From Malacoraja senta (taxonomy: Eukaryota), in contig CM075989.1 of assembly GCA_038087875.1 (NCBI GenBank), forward strand, positions 25,110,001 to 25,174,000: a DNA stretch of 64,000 nucleotides. Reading direction: 5' to 3'. The translations under genes and the position numbers were made by a program. The notes under the pieces were generated by a model. It saw nothing but the letters and a program-made list of their open reading frames with translations. It was not told the origin of the DNA and ran no database searches. Positions 13,301 through 27,489 of the stretch are shown piece by piece (the stretch's first letter is position 1; every line of letters starts with the position of its first letter).

Positions 13301-14070
13301 GCTTTTTTTCAGGTAACACTGTATTTGATAGGAATACAAGGACTCAGGAGCATTTAACTGCATATAATCCTCTTATGAGTTTTGGTGGTGGCTCAACTAT
13401 ATTTTGCCTTGACCCCTTGGCACTAAAACTTTTTTCTTCTTCCGCTAGCAGTTTGTTCACTGCTGATCCTAAATGTTATAATGGTGGGCTGTGAAACTAG
13501 TGATGTACAGGGTTTATGTGATCCCAAGAAGCATGTTGTAATGAGAGTTTATTGAGATGTCAAGGTATATTGGGGAACTACTGTCTTGAAAACTCAAACT
13601 ATTTTGCTTTAACTGTAACAATCAAAAGGAGATTCAGTAAGAGGCCTTTGGAATATAAAATAATACTAATTGGGAGAGTTAAACAGCTTTGATGACCAAA
13701 TGTTATTCTGCATCGTTTCTAGACTTGATGGGTTGGGATCCAATCCTTCAGTAAATACAGAAATGTATGAACAATTTTTTTGTGGACAAATGCTATGATG
13801 CATAGGGTCATAGATTTTTTTAAATGTTTTTTTTGTACGTTTTCTTCTTAACTTGAAATACCAAAGAGAAACAAATCTTCAAGAATTCATTGGATGAATT
13901 TTTTTGTACAGTTTTATAACTGGTAATGTACCAACGGAACTATTTAATGTTTGAAGAAATGGACCACTAATTTTTGTAAATGTTTTGTGTTCTAAATGTA
14001 AAAAGATTAATACATTTTTGGAGTATTTAAAGGACGCAATTCAATAAAATATTTAAGTGTTATGTTATAT
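10394..14070 (+). other. ASB7: Probable ASB7 3' UTR (~3.7 kb)
   Basis: AT-rich stretch with no recognisable transposons between the stop codon and the AATAAA at 14043; LINE fragments resume at ~14312. Confidence 0.6.
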
Positions 14071-14080
14071 TGTTTGTGTT
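14043..14080 (+). terminator. Distal polyadenylation signal of ASB7 with downstream GU-rich element
   Basis: AATAAA at 14043-14048, several upstream TGTA (CFIm-type) motifs in 13830-14000, and downstream tgttatattgtttgtgtt. Other AATAAA occur at 10808, 11783 and 13264. Confidence 0.65.
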
Positions 14081-14311
14081 CAGCTACTTTGAATGTGAAT
14101 AAGATATCTGTTCAGGGTACATGTCACCCTGAACCCTTGATGAACTAATCACCAAGATTGAGAAAATATTTTGTTTTATTAATTGGTTTCTATCTGCAAG
14201 AGTTTCTGAACATTTTAAAGTTTATGCTCTTATCAGTCTCACTCAAGCTCATTGGTCAGAAATTGTCATCTAACCAAATGGAAACAGAAGGATCCTTTGT
14301 TACTGCCTTTT

Positions 14312-14857
14312 AGAGTCATAGAGTGATACAGCGTGGAAACAGACCCCATCATCCCAACTTGACCACACCGCCAACATGTCCCAGCTACGCTAGTCCCAGC
14401 TGCTAGCATTTGGCCCATATCCCTCCAAACCTGCCCTATCCATGTACCTGTCTAACTGCTTCTTAAATGTTGGGATAGTCCCTGCCTCAACTACCTCCTC
14501 TGGCAGCTTGTTCCATACACCCACCACCCTCTGTGTGAAAAAGTTACCCCTCAGATTCCTATTAAATCTTTTCCCCTTCACCTTAAACCTATGTCCTCTG
14601 GTCCTTGATTCACCTACTCTGGGCAAGAGACTCTGTGCATCTACCTGATCTATTCCTCTCATGATCTTATACACCTCTATAAGATCACCCCTCATCCTCC
14701 TGCGCTCCAAGGAATAGAGTCCCAGCCTACTCAACCTCTAACTATAGCTCAGACCCTCTAGTCCTGGCAACATCCTCGTAAATCTTCTCTGTACCCTTTC
14801 CAGCTTGACAACATCTTTCCTATAACATGGTGCCCAGAACTGAACACAATACTCTAA
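14312..14857 (-). mobile_element. CR1-clade (HER1-like) LINE 3' fragment
   Basis: RLGLYSLERRRMRGDLIEVYKIM...FFTQRVVGVWNKLP; tail ends in (ACTCTATG)-like repeats. Confidence 0.88.
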
Positions 14858-15324
14858 CTTTATACATCTTAATTTATTTGAAATGATGATACCTAAACCA
14901 GAAAGCTACTCAGAAGTATTACAGGTTTCAAGTAAGGATTGTGGTTGGAGAAAATATTTTCTTCTTGAGTCTCACCAACAACCTTTGACAAAGCACTGCA
15001 TGGCTGGGATATTCAGCAGTTTCTGATGAATGCAGTTTGCAGGCAGCATGTTCATTAGTCTTTCTGATGATTCCAAATTAGTAACCATGCAATAACTTTG
15101 TATTGTTCTGACAGTAAAATCCATTCATGTGTATATGAATGGACGACAGCTGCTGGAAAATGTCAATTCTTATAATTATTGTTTAAAGCAACACTTCACC
15201 ATATCATCGTGAATCTTGCACAACGTTAGTGGTACAAACTCTGCTGTGCTCTGTGCAGTGTATCCATTTTGTTACCATCTCTATTATTATCATCCAGGAT
15301 GTTTGCTATCCTGCTGTGTCATTT

Positions 15325-16660
15325 ATGTTCCAGGCGTACACTGGCCCTATCCCTGAACTCTATCTCCGTTACATTGACGACTGCATTGGTGCTACCTCCT
15401 GCACCCATGCAGAACTCATGGACTTCATCAACTTCATCACCAATTTCCATCCTGCACTCAAATTTACTTGGACCATCTCCGACACCTCCCTCCCCTTTCT
15501 TGATCTCCGTCTCCATCACAGGAAATAGACTATTGACTGACGTCTATTACAAACCCACTGACTCCCACAACTATCTTGACTACACTTCTTCCCACCCTGC
15601 TTCCTGCAAAGACTCTATCCCCTACTCTCAATTCTTCCGTCTAAGCCGCATCTGCGTCCAAGATGAGGTGTTCCATATCAGGACATCCGAGATGTTCTCA
15701 TTTTTAGGTGAACGCGGATTCCCCTCTCCCATCATAGATGAGGCCCTCACTCGTGTCTCCTCCGCACCCACAGCTCAGCCCTTGCTCCCCCTCCCCTTAG
15801 TCCTTACCTTTCATCCCATCAGCTGTCGCATACAACACAATCCTCAGAAATTTCCTCCACCTCCAACAGGATCCCAACACTCATCACATCTTCCCATCTC
15901 CACCCCTTTCTGCCATCCGCAGATACCGTTCCCTCTGCAACTCCCTGGTAAACTCATCCCTTCCAACCCAAACCACCCCCTCCCCAGATACCTTCCCCTG
16001 CAACCGCAGAAGATGCAACACCTGTCCTTATACCTCCTCCCTTGACTCTCTCCACGGACTCTCTCCACGGACTGGTTAGGCAGAGGTTCATCTGCACCTC
16101 CTCCAACCTCATCTACTGTATCCGTTGTTCAAGATGTGGACTCTTATACATCGGTGAGATCAAACGTAGACTGGGCGATCTTTCGCCGAACACCTTTGCT
16201 CAGTCCACCTGAACCTACCTGATTTCCCGGTTGCTAAACACTTTAATTCACCTTCCCATTCCCACACAGACCTTTCTGTCCTCGGTCTCCTCCATTGTCA
16301 GAGTGAGGCTGCACTCAAATTGAAGGAACAGCGTCTCATATTTTGCTTGGGCAGCCTACAGCCCAGTGGTATGGATATTGACCAAGTAAGCCTGGTATTC
16401 CCTCTCTCTCTATCCCTCCCTCACCCGTCTTGTTTTCACACAACAAACTGCTAACTATGGCCTTTTTCCTTTATCATCGTTGCTTTTTTGCATATCTGTT
16501 ATTCATTGTTCTTTATCTCTCTAGGTTATTGTCTATATCTCTCATTTCCCTTATCCCTAACTAGTTTGAAGAACGGTCTCGACCTGAAACGTCACCCATT
16601 GATTCTCTCCAGGGATGCTACCTGTCCCGCTGAGTTACTCCAGCATTTTGTATCTGTCTT
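15325..16660 (+). mobile_element. 5'-truncated Penelope-like retroelement (Neptune-type): RT C-terminal half, Cys-rich linker, GIY-YIG endonuclease, 3' pLTR with hammerhead motif
   Basis: Frameshifted ORF pieces: YLRYIDD, LPFLD, DVYYKPTDSHNYLDYTSSHP, FPCNRRRCNTCPY, NLIYCIRCSRCGLLYIGE..RRLGD..AEHL. Ends in ttgaagaacggtctcgacctgaaacgtcacc (~16565-16595). Confidence 0.88.
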
Positions 16661-17089
16661 CATTTATAAAGGTGATACGGTATCTACATCTCCATGTTGC
16701 GTTTTTGGGTAGAAAATGCAAAATATCTTCAAATTCAGGATTAACTTAGGTCCCATTTTAATTCACTACCCCCAAATATTCAGGAAATCAACCAAGAAGC
16801 GTCCCTTCACAGTCCACCCCATCTCCAGCCACAGATCCGTTCCTGGTACCACGACTATTCCCCGATGTTTTGTGTATCTCTGTCAAGCTGCAGCAGCAGT
16901 ATTGTGTTTCTCCTTTTGCATGTCCTCGCATTCCTCTGCTCTCCCGGAGCCTCGACTATGGCATGCACCCCAAGTACAACTCTGCACATCCCCTCATTGG
17001 GGCAAATGGCTGAGTCTGCTCGTACCTTTCTAATTCTCCAATATATCAGTCACATCCATCGCCTGCCATCCTTCGAACGGCTCCAAACA

Positions 17090-17400
17090 AACACGCAGTG
17101 CTGGAGTAACTCAGCGGGTCAGGCAGCATCTGTGGAGAACATGGATAGGTGATGTTTCACAGAGTGCTGGAGTAACTCAGCGGGTCAGGCAGCATCTCTG
17201 GAGAACATGGATGGGTGACGTTTCACAGAGTGCTGGAGTAACTCAGCGGGTCAGGCAGCATCTCGAGAACATGGATAGGTAATTCTTCAAATTCTTCAAA
17301 TGTCACCTATCCATGCTGCTGCCTGACCTGCTGAGTTAATCCAGCACTTTGTGTCATCTTGTGTGTTAACCTAGGTGTGTCTGCAACTCCATGTTTCTAC
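17090..17400. repeat. Three tandem 66-bp pLTR-derived units followed by an inverted partial copy
   Basis: ctggagtaactcagcgggtcaggcagcatc starts at 17101, 17167 and 17233; inverted copy at 17301-17400. Confidence 0.85.
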
Positions 17401-18037
17401 ACTCCTGTTCCTCTTGAAGAAACCTGTACTCTAATGCACTCAGTGCCCTGCTCTCTCAAACAGCAACACCACTAACTCAATAACAGTAATGTTTATGCTT
17501 TGTTATTGCATGCATAAGTGAAAATGAGATCACGCCATGAATGGAACATCCTTAATCAAACATACACTACACCACCAGTTTTCTTATCTTCTTTTGCCTT
17601 CAGTAAGCAATGAAATAAATGTTGAATGCCTGGAGATAATTCACTCTCCTTGTAATAAAGTTTCCCCTGTTCTTTCTTGAAGTCTGTTGCATTCTCACAG
17701 CTCCTCATTCAACCAGGTAAAAGGCCACACCTCCCAAATCCCCATAACCTCAGTTATTTCTGCCAACACCCTGTATTCTGCACTTTTATGGAGAGAAGCA
17801 ACTTTTGGGATGTTAATTTCTCAACTAATTATTTTTTTAGTTGATGGTGTTGAAGGAAAACTCAAGTTTTGTGATGTTATTTTCCATTTTTAAATCAGCT
17901 TTGTTGATCTTGCTACCAACTGTTGATTGGTATGAAACTGTATGGTGGTGTCAGGAGTAGCCAGTAGATGGCGATGTCCATTGCTAGATGTATCTAATCA
18001 CTCCAGGAATAGATCAGAACAGCACAGGAACCGATGG

Positions 18038-18295
18038 ACAGAGTGCTGGAGTAACTCAGCGGGTCAGGCAGCATCTCCGGAGGACATGGTTAGGTGCCAT
18101 TTCGGGTCAGGGCACTCTTTCAGATTGACTTGAAACGTCACCTATCCATGTTCTCCACAGATGCTGCCTGACCCACTGAGTTACTCCAGCACTCTGTGAA
18201 ACGTCACCTATCCATGTTCTCCACAGATGCTGCCTGACCCGCTGAGTTACTCCAGCACTCTGTGCCCTTTTGTGTAAATCTACTTGTTTTTACAG
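18038..18295. repeat. Head-to-head palindrome of pLTR units (one minus copy with decayed core, two plus 66-bp copies)
   Basis: Left arm 18038-18127 is the reverse complement of the units at 18131-18265. Confidence 0.8.
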
Positions 18296-21200
18296 CACAG
18301 AAGCCCAGTGATTATCAGCAGCCACAGTAAAACTTGCCTACTCTGAGACCTGAGGTTATTTTAGTTTCCAAAAAGAAGTGCTTCAAGTTATTAGTCAATA
18401 TTATGGAAAAATATACTTCTGTAATTTTCATGCTGAATAACTCTGCCTTTAATCACTGCTGGGCATAATTAATTCCATTGCCATTGCACATTGAGGTGCC
18501 TCTCATTGGTGTCTAGTGTCCAGCCGTTAACACCTGTTAGACCCCCTGTTCCTGCTGAATGATCTCCATTTCAACTGTGCCGTCACTTCTTGAAAACACT
18601 TCGACTATAACATGATCATGGGGGCACACTGAGCTCAGGAATATAAGTTTCTCTTTCTCCCGTAAAGAAAAAATTATATTTTCATCCAATTTGTGTCCTG
18701 CTTCTCTGATTAATTCTTAATATATTTAATGACTTTGAGGAAGTAATACTCTGCTACATTGTGTGTTCCTATTATCTGAGCTCAGCAAGATGCTTCTCAG
18801 TAATCTGCCATCATCTTTGTTGCCCCAGGCATCTGCTTGACCCGTGAGCCTGAGCTAGGGAATGGTGTGACCAAGATTGAATTCAGTTTTGAGATCGTGA
18901 GCAGAATTGCTTGGGCTGTCGTGTTGTCGAGTTTATTGGTATTTCAACGCGAAGATAGAACAGTGCAGCACAGGAACAGGTGTCCACAATGTCCACGCGA
19001 AACATCACGCCAAGTCACAATAATCTTCTCTGCATATCCATCTGCCTATTACAAGCCCCTTGAATGCCACTAATGTTTCTGCCTCCACATCGCCCCTGGC
19101 TGCATGTTCTAAGCACCCACCCTTCTCTGTGGGGGGGAAAGAAATTGCCCCACACACCTGCTTTAAATTTTGACCCTCTCATCTTCAAGCTGTGGTGTCT
19201 AATCTTTAACATTTCCACCCCTGGGGAAAAAGGTCCTGAATGTCCGTCCTATCTGTGCCTCATAGTTTTACATATTTCTATCACATCCTCCCTCCGCCTC
19301 GGACAATCCAGAAAAAAACAATATGTTTATAGCTAATACCCTCTAATGTTTCCAAATCTGCATTGTTTGCACACATTCAGCTTTGTGGTCATCCTTGTGC
19401 AAAGTCTATTGATACAGAGTCATTATATATCATACAAGTACTTTAATTAGATTACATACAGAGACCATCGAAATGAGTACTGAAGGCTCGGAGAGGTAAG
19501 TTGAACTAACTAACATGGCTGCCCACATGCCACCAGGTGGTGGTGTGGAAAACCTGACATGGATTATGGATCAGGTCATCAGCAGCAAAACCAGACACAG
19601 ATCAAATCAAAACAGCAATACTGTTTGATCTACAATCCCAAGGTTGCCACGCGTTGTTGAGAGTGAGAACATTTGGTCATGGCACTAGCAGGTTGGGATC
19701 ACAATGGGATTCTCTCACTCCTGTTGCTGGAGCACCAGGGTCTTTGATTCACCAAAGGACACAGAGTGCTGGAGTAACTCAGCAGGCCGGGTCGCAGCTG
19801 GAGAACATGGATAGGTGACTGGGCTCGACCCTCAATGAGTGAGTTACGGCTAGAAGAAAGAGAGAAGCCTTCCATCTGTGTCGCCACCCAACGGGATGAC
19901 TAGCTTCCCCACCATTCGGCCTCTGACAGGCTTGAACGGAAACCATGAGGTGGTCTCCTTTCCCAGTTCCTATTTCCGTGCATTAGCTGATGAACAAGCA
20001 CACCACTCAGCTCGGCTGAGGAATGGAGACCGGAGACACTTGGGTAAGAATGTGGAGGCTGACCTTGACTCTAACTCTCTCCAACCTCTGTTCTCAATAG
20101 TTGAGAAAAAGTCATCAAGGTAACGGACTCTTCAGTTGCAATCCTGCCTGTGATGTACCTGCACCACGGTGTGGCAGCTTGCATTTGCCACAAGGAGCTC
20201 AGGTAAGGTACTGTTTGTTATTTTGGGATTTCCAGAGCATAAATGTTGCTGGTAATGTCAACATGTGTTGACAATTCTTAATTACCCATTGATACATAGA
20301 CAATAGGTGCAGGAGTAGGCCATTCAGCCCTTCGATCCAGCACTGCCATTCAATGTGATCATGGATGATCATCCTGCAAGTCCCTTTATATACTCCGATT
20401 TCTGGATTCTCCCCCATTTAGAAAATAGTCTACGCCTTTATTCCCTGTCCTAAATTCATATTGACTCCACCCAAGTCTATTATTTCCCAGTTTCTCACTA
20501 TTACAATGAATGAACAACGGGAGGAACTCAGCTGGTCAGGTGGCATCTGTGGTGGCAGAGTTTGGTCCTTGCATCGGGATTTGAGAGTGCAGAGGGGAGA
20601 TGGTCAGAATGAAGAGATGAGAGAGGACTGGCAGGTGACAGGTGGAACCAGGTGAAGAGGAGGATAAAGGGCGAATGGAGGAGGTGTAGATCGTGGATGA
20701 TAGATGAGGAGTGGGATAGGGTGAGGAGATGCAGACATTTGGGGGAAGTAGAGGGGGATCTTGAAACAGAAGAATTTGTTTGCTGTCTTTATATCTCAGT
20801 AATGGTGTTACATTTGTACCATCCACCTCTGTGGGAAACATTCTTGAATCCATGGAATTTTGGAAGATGATAACCTTGTATCCATAGGAACCTCCTTAAG
20901 GCGTAGGAAGCAGTGTGAGATGCTGGGCATTTACTGCCTTTCAATCCCATTAATATTTCCATTAGTAGATATTTGCTAATCCTTTACTCTCATCCTCCAC
21001 TGTCGAGGAGATATTCTTTCTCCTCTCCCCTGAAGGCAAACACACAATATTTGTTTAATTTCTTTGCCTTACTGTATTCACAAGTAAAATTTCTCTTGTC
21101 TAAGTTTCTTAGGGTCCCACTTCTGTTGATCATTTCCTCTACAAATGTGAAGAAACTTACAATCTTTTATGCTTTTTGCAAATATCTTATATTCTTCTTC

Positions 21201-24200
21201 CTTTTGCTAAATTCTGAACTTTCCTAATTCTCACTTTTTCTTAACATTCTAAGTCTTTACCTTTGATTTAAAATTGCTTTTAACTTATTTTGATAACAAT
21301 AGTTGAAACATTATTCCTATGCCTATGCTCTGGCTTTATGTTATATGTGTAAAACGTTACATATTAGTCATTGCTTCTTTCCTGAAACAGCTTTTAACGT
21401 AGTTTTCTAACTTACCTGAGCCAGTATCCTCCTGACTTACTTTATTCAGACAAGACCTGGTTTCAGATTGCACTAAATTGCTTTCAATCTTTATATAAAA
21501 TTCCACCACTTTATGATCACTATTCCCTTAAGGCACGTTAGTTACCAGAAAATAGCCAGTTCCCTTATTGGTACCTCAATATAGTGAGCCATCTATTTTA
21601 CACTCAGTGAATGTGCCGCTGGTATTCTGCTTGTCTTTATGTATCCTTTCCCATGATTATTGGATTACTTTAGGTGCATCTCAACTTTCCTGACATATTT
21701 GGGGGCCTGCATGTAACTCCCACCAATGTGATCATTACATGGCTCCACCCAAACTGATTTTACTTTTGATTTTTTTACACCTTCCTCTGTTGCCTTGATT
21801 CCATTCTTTAAAATCAAGGGCACCAGTTGCCTCATAAAAGAGTATCTTTTAAAGGATATTAAAAGACATTTGGACAGGTACATGGATAGGAAAGGTTTAG
21901 AGGGATATGGGCCAAAAGCAGGCAGGTGGGACTAGATGTAGATGGGGCATAAAGTGCTGGGGTAACAATGGGTCAGGCTGCATCTCTGGAGAAAAAGGAT
22001 GGGTGATGTTTTCAATCTCCCAATATAATTGTCATTAAAATGTGCCGCTTTATTTCCATTTGTGCCATTAATTCACCTCGCTTGTTATAAATGCTGCAAA
22101 CATTCACATAGAACCTTCAGTGTTGTATTCACAGCAGTTTCCCTGTCCTAACTAATCAGAGGTGCACTCGGATTTTGTATACACCGTAACATCCTGACTG
22201 ACTTTGGTTATCGTTACTCATTTTGAACCCAACATTATTGTGTTTTCTCTCTGACTTCCAAAATACATTCATCTGCAGAACTCAGCCCAACCTACCTCTA
22301 CACACAACTTAATCTAAAGTGAATATACACCCCTAGTTATCCAATTCACTGGAGTACTGGTCTCAGCTAATTCAAGATATCTGTCCCTTTTGCCTAATAT
22401 CTTTACCTAATCAATCTTTGAGGCACGCATTCAAGTGTCTGATCTATTGACATCATGACAACTTGCACAAGATTTGGGGGGTAATACAGAGGTTATCATT
22501 TTGAAGTTATGTTTTTTAATTGGCCGATGCTGCTGATAATTACCTGATTAGAGCCACCTCCTGCATTGGTTTCCACGGACAAATAGGTCACACTGCTCTT
22601 GCTGCCAGCTTCCCTGCACTCAACTAAGCCAAAAAGTCTTGAATTGGTTCCTTCATCCCCATGGGACATTTGAATCTGTCCCAGGCTTTAGAAAACCAGG
22701 AAGAGCAGGTTCATTTTGTTGCTTGTTTGATTTTTATCAGACTCCACTGTCCATTTTGCAAAGTCAGGTTGTTAAACGGGCAACTAATCCAAGACCATCG
22801 GCTTCCCAGCAGGAGAGCAGAATTAACGTACATCATCAGCCTGAAAGTCCAAGTCTGATTCAAGCTTTGCACATGAAACCATTAACTATTCCGGGACTAT
22901 GGAGCTGCTGATGAATCTGCTGTATATTTGCAGCAATATTTTTATTAACTTCAGGCTGGTAAACCCTGATTTTAATTTGGAACTGTGGCCCTGTGACTGG
23001 TCACCTTAACTGCATGAGGTTGTAAATCCTTCGCCTCAGCCCATCAGCAGATCAGGTCCCTCCTATGCCAGCAGAACTACCTGCTGCTAGCTGGATGGAG
23101 TGTGAGACCAGCGGTCGGGGAGAGGACCCCTGACCCTCGTCTTGAAGGAATTCCTTGTTGAATCTCCCTATTCACGCTCAGTGGCTGGAAAATCTGCTCT
23201 TGTTTTTGTGTGGTCAGCAAGTTTAAGCAGCTTACACTGACTGGTGTCCTTCAACCGGCAGTGTATTGGGGGGGGGGGGGGGCTGCAGGAAGAACCTTTC
23301 TCCAAGTCCACTCACTCATGTACATTCTTCTGCTTTCTAATCAGCAGCTCATCCAGCCTCTGATTCCCGGGGACTTTCCAATTAATGAGGGATTTTCCAT
23401 GCGGAACTTTATGAAAATATTTCTGTAGGTTTAAATAAATTGTGTGAAATGTTACTGGAGGAGGTTTCTCGGAGAGAGTTCCCCTGCTAACTGTCTGGTC
23501 CACTTATCCCCACACATCTTCCCCTCCAACCTCTGCCCTGCCACTGCATCATCACCACTGATGTTTGGCTAATGGGCCTAATTGGACATTATGAAGAACT
23601 GGTAATGACTGTCGGATATCTTTCAGCACAATAAGGATGGGTTTAGTGCACTGCTGCTGTCTGTAAATTAAAAACCTTTAGAAGTAAAATTCAGATTGAC
23701 TGTAGAAATTTACTGAACGTTTGTTTCATCAATGAAGCTACTTAGAAAAGTTAATACATTGTAAATTCTTGAATTTAATTATGGTAAATGATCCATACTC
23801 TAATTAACTCGCATTCTTCAGAAACTAATATTGTCCAGGTGCACTGATTGTAAGATTGGGGCTTAGCTTGAATATCCATTTCCCTACTTTATTGATTGGG
23901 CACTCTACAGTTTGACAGGGTTAATTCCACCCAGTGCAAGGAATGTTGTTGCAATAGTTCAGGTTAAACTTCTGATCCCACTCTTATTAGAGTAAATCCC
24001 CCTCTTGCTGATGGGATCTTTCAAATATGTGGCCATTTTACAATGCTTTTTAATGGGTCTGGTCAGGTCACAAACAAACATCCCTTTACTAACAGAGTTT
24101 GGTGAAACAAGATGCAAAACGCAGAGAATTCTGGATTCAGCATTTGACATGTGTACTTGTAATGAGAGAGGAAAAGGAACTTTGATGATAAATTTGTGCA

Positions 24201-25361
24201 AGGTTGAATCCAAAACAGGTCCATATTATTCAAGCATAACTTTATAGTTTAGTTCAGAGATACAGCATGGAAACAGGCCATACTGACCATCGATCAGCCA
24301 TTCACACTAGTTCTACACATCTTTGGGATGTAGGAGGAAACGAGCATCCAAATAATAACCAATATTTGGAATATGCTTTGATAAATTAATAAATAGTTGA
24401 ATACAATTTGTACCTAAAGGATGCCCAATTAGAGAACTAGAGAAGAAAAACACTATTGTAGAAGAAATGTCTAAAGCTGCCTGGTAGTCTGAGGACAAAC
24501 CATCTCTGCTGCAACGTTTGACTCCATTTGCTGAATTCATTTGGGGTCTACAGATGTTGAATTGGTTCTCTCGTGGCATTGGTTGCACAAGCATTCACTC
24601 TTCTGGTGTGAGTCGTGCCAGGCACCAAAATAATGCAGGTGTTAGTTTGTCCAGAGGGAACATCTATTGGAAGAAGTCAGAGCGGGCAGATTATGGAGTT
24701 ACAGTTTGTCACCAGCAATGTCAGTTTGGAGCTTTCCTATAACTAATGGAGAGTGCAAGAACCTACCAGGACATTTTAAGTGATCATTGACCATCGGTAG
24801 GTTAGATGTTCATTCATTTTTTAAAATAATGCTACGATGTTTAATATTTACCAGAGTTCCAGAAAGTCAATCAAAGGTGGTGTTCAAAACTTCTACACAA
24901 ATCATTCTCCCAACTGTTCACCTTGGTGCAATGTGACTGGGAAAGTTGTAGGCATTGTGAGATCAAGAACCCGTGGGTAATTGCCAAGGAAGCAGGTTTA
25001 AGGAAGATCTTCCTCGGTGCAGGCTGGGGACCTTCCCCATGGCTGGTCAACAACTGAAGGATGTGAGTAGTGGTGTCATTATTATTATTTTCACCATTAC
25101 CGTTTGCAGAGCCCGGCTGCTGAAATAATGTGGGTGTTATCCATGGACTCGCAGTGCAAATCTGTAAATGGCCTTTCTGTTCATCCTCATTTAATGAATA
25201 CTTGATTTTCTTTTCTCCAAAAATGCAACAATCACATCTTCAGCAGCTTGTTCTCTCTGTAATATATTTGCCTGTCCTCATCTGTTATTTGCATCATCTG
25301 CAGGCTCTTGACTTTGTGTTTCCACACCCAAGTAGCCAGCAAAGCCCAAGGTCAAAGCTGG

Positions 25362-26107
25362 CCTGTACTGACCAGGGGTACTCCACCTGTACTGACCAGG
25401 GGTACTCCACCTGTACTGACCAGGGGTACCACACCTGTACTGACCAGGGGTATTCCACCTGTACTGACCAGGGGTACTCCACCTGTACTGACCAGGGGTA
25501 CCACACCTGTACTGACCAGGGGTACCACACCTGTACTGACCAGGAGTACCCCACCTGTACTGACCAGGGATACTACACCTGCATGGACCAGGGGTACCAC
25601 ACCTGTACTGACCAGGGGTACCACACCTGTACTGACCAGGAGTACTCCACATGTACTGACCAGGGGTACCACACCTGTACTGACCAGGGGTACCACACCT
25701 GTACTGACCAGGGGTACCACACCTGTACTGACCAGGGGTACCACACCTGTACTGACCAGGGATACTCCACCTGTACTGACCAGGGGTACTACACCTGTAC
25801 TGACCAGGAGTACTCCACCTGTACTGACCAGGGGTGCTACACCTGTACTGACCAGGGGTACCACACCTGTACTGACCAGGGGTACCACACCTGTACTGAC
25901 CAGGGGTACCACACCTGTACTGACCAGGAGTACTCCACCTGTACTGACCAGGGATACTACACCTGCATGGACCAGGGGTACCACACCTGTACTGACCAGG
26001 AGTACTCCACATGTACTGACCAGGAGTACTCCACATGTACTGACCAGGGGTACCACACCTGTACTGACCAGGGGTACTACACCTGTACTTACCAGGTGTA
26101 CTCCACC
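25362..26107. repeat. 24-bp minisatellite, ~31 copies (CCTGTACTGACCAGGGGTACCACA)
   Basis: Direct tandem units with few variant positions and no indels. Confidence 0.95.
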
Positions 26108-27489
26108 ACCTACCTTCTCCTGTCTGAGCAGCAGCAATTACCCCAGCTCCTTATTTCCAGTCCATCAACCAACCCTCTGTCCCCAAATTACACTAAACCA
26201 AGAGAACTGAGACAAAGCTTTTATTTCTCTTCATAAAAGTTGTTCATCTGTGAACATTTAAATCAAACCATAAAGGGCCGACTATTCCAGAAGTGACAGA
26301 GATGATGCATTCCAGCAAATTATATTTGTGCTTTGAAATGGGATATTGGGCCTCTGAATATGCAGTCATGCATGGAATTGAAGATTAAAAGTGCAGTAAT
26401 ACTTATTGAGAATGCGATCTGCACTCTGAATAACGTTGCTGAGACAAGACATAATAGTATGACATGCACTGCACTGTAAATGCTTAGAATGCCATGTCTT
26501 TTCTGTCACAACTGCAAAACAAAAGTACAGAGAATCGTCCCATTTAGCCAGCAGTGAGGACAAATGGTCTCACTAATAAAGTTTCTGCTTTATATAATCC
26601 AAGTGGCTGTCCCCGTCTTTGTTACAATGTTAATGGGAGATTGGTGCTTCCCACACAGACAGATCTGCAGTTAGTGAATGGGCTGACACAAAATGCTGGA
26701 GTAACTCAGCGGGACAGGCAGCATCTCTGGAGAGTAGGAATGGGTGACGTTTCTGATGGAGATCCATCTTCAGATTCAAGACTCCACACCCATGCCCCCA
26801 TTATCCCGCTTGTTACAACCTCAGCCTTGTCTTTCGTAGATCCCTGTTGCACCAACCTGTTACTGTTTACTCTGTCACCTCTTCCTTCATAATGGATTGC
26901 AGTGTTGTCTCTACGGCTGGCTTCAGGCTGATTATGCCCCTGCTTTCTCCTCCTCTTGTCTGAATCGTGCAATTACATTTGCTAACTTCCAGTGGCAACC
27001 ATTCCAGAATACAACGGTTTGGAAGATGGCATCTTCTGTCCAGAACTGTTGCTGTCACATTCAGCAGTGGTCACTAGGCCCACCTCACCACCCCAACCCC
27101 AATCATTTCCCCAGTTCCAGTTTGCTACTACTGCTAATTCCTTTGAGTTAATTCCCATTGCTCGCTCCAATGTATGTGAGGGATTTTTGTGCCTTCAGCA
27201 AAGACAGACACAAAGAAATGTGTTTAATTGTCTAGTTCCCCGGTATAATTTCTCCTGCCTCCACATGAACATTTGGGAATCTTCACCTTCTCATATTTTA
27301 GATGGTCTTAAAATCATTCGTGAGATCACTCTCATATTCTGTTTCCAACTCCTTGGCCCTTCTTTCCTAAACTCTGGACTTTCCCCAAATCTCAAGCCAT
27401 TATTTTGCTGCTGATGTTATCAACCTTTGATCCACTCCTATCTTACACCCACAGCTGGGCCATTTTTCCTGTTGGGAATTTTCTATCCT

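Noticed and set aside
17946-17958. TGGTGTCAGGAGT resembling a tRNA-Leu primer-binding site of an LTR element
   Set aside because: No preceding LTR ending in CA and no gag/pol or second LTR seen; a 13-nt match could be chance.
25130-26236. 368-aa Cys/His repeat ORF as a real gene, or the array as a CRISPR
   Set aside because: A 24-bp unit keeps most frames open on both strands. There are no unique spacers, no cas genes, the context is eukaryotic, and I see no splice or promoter support.
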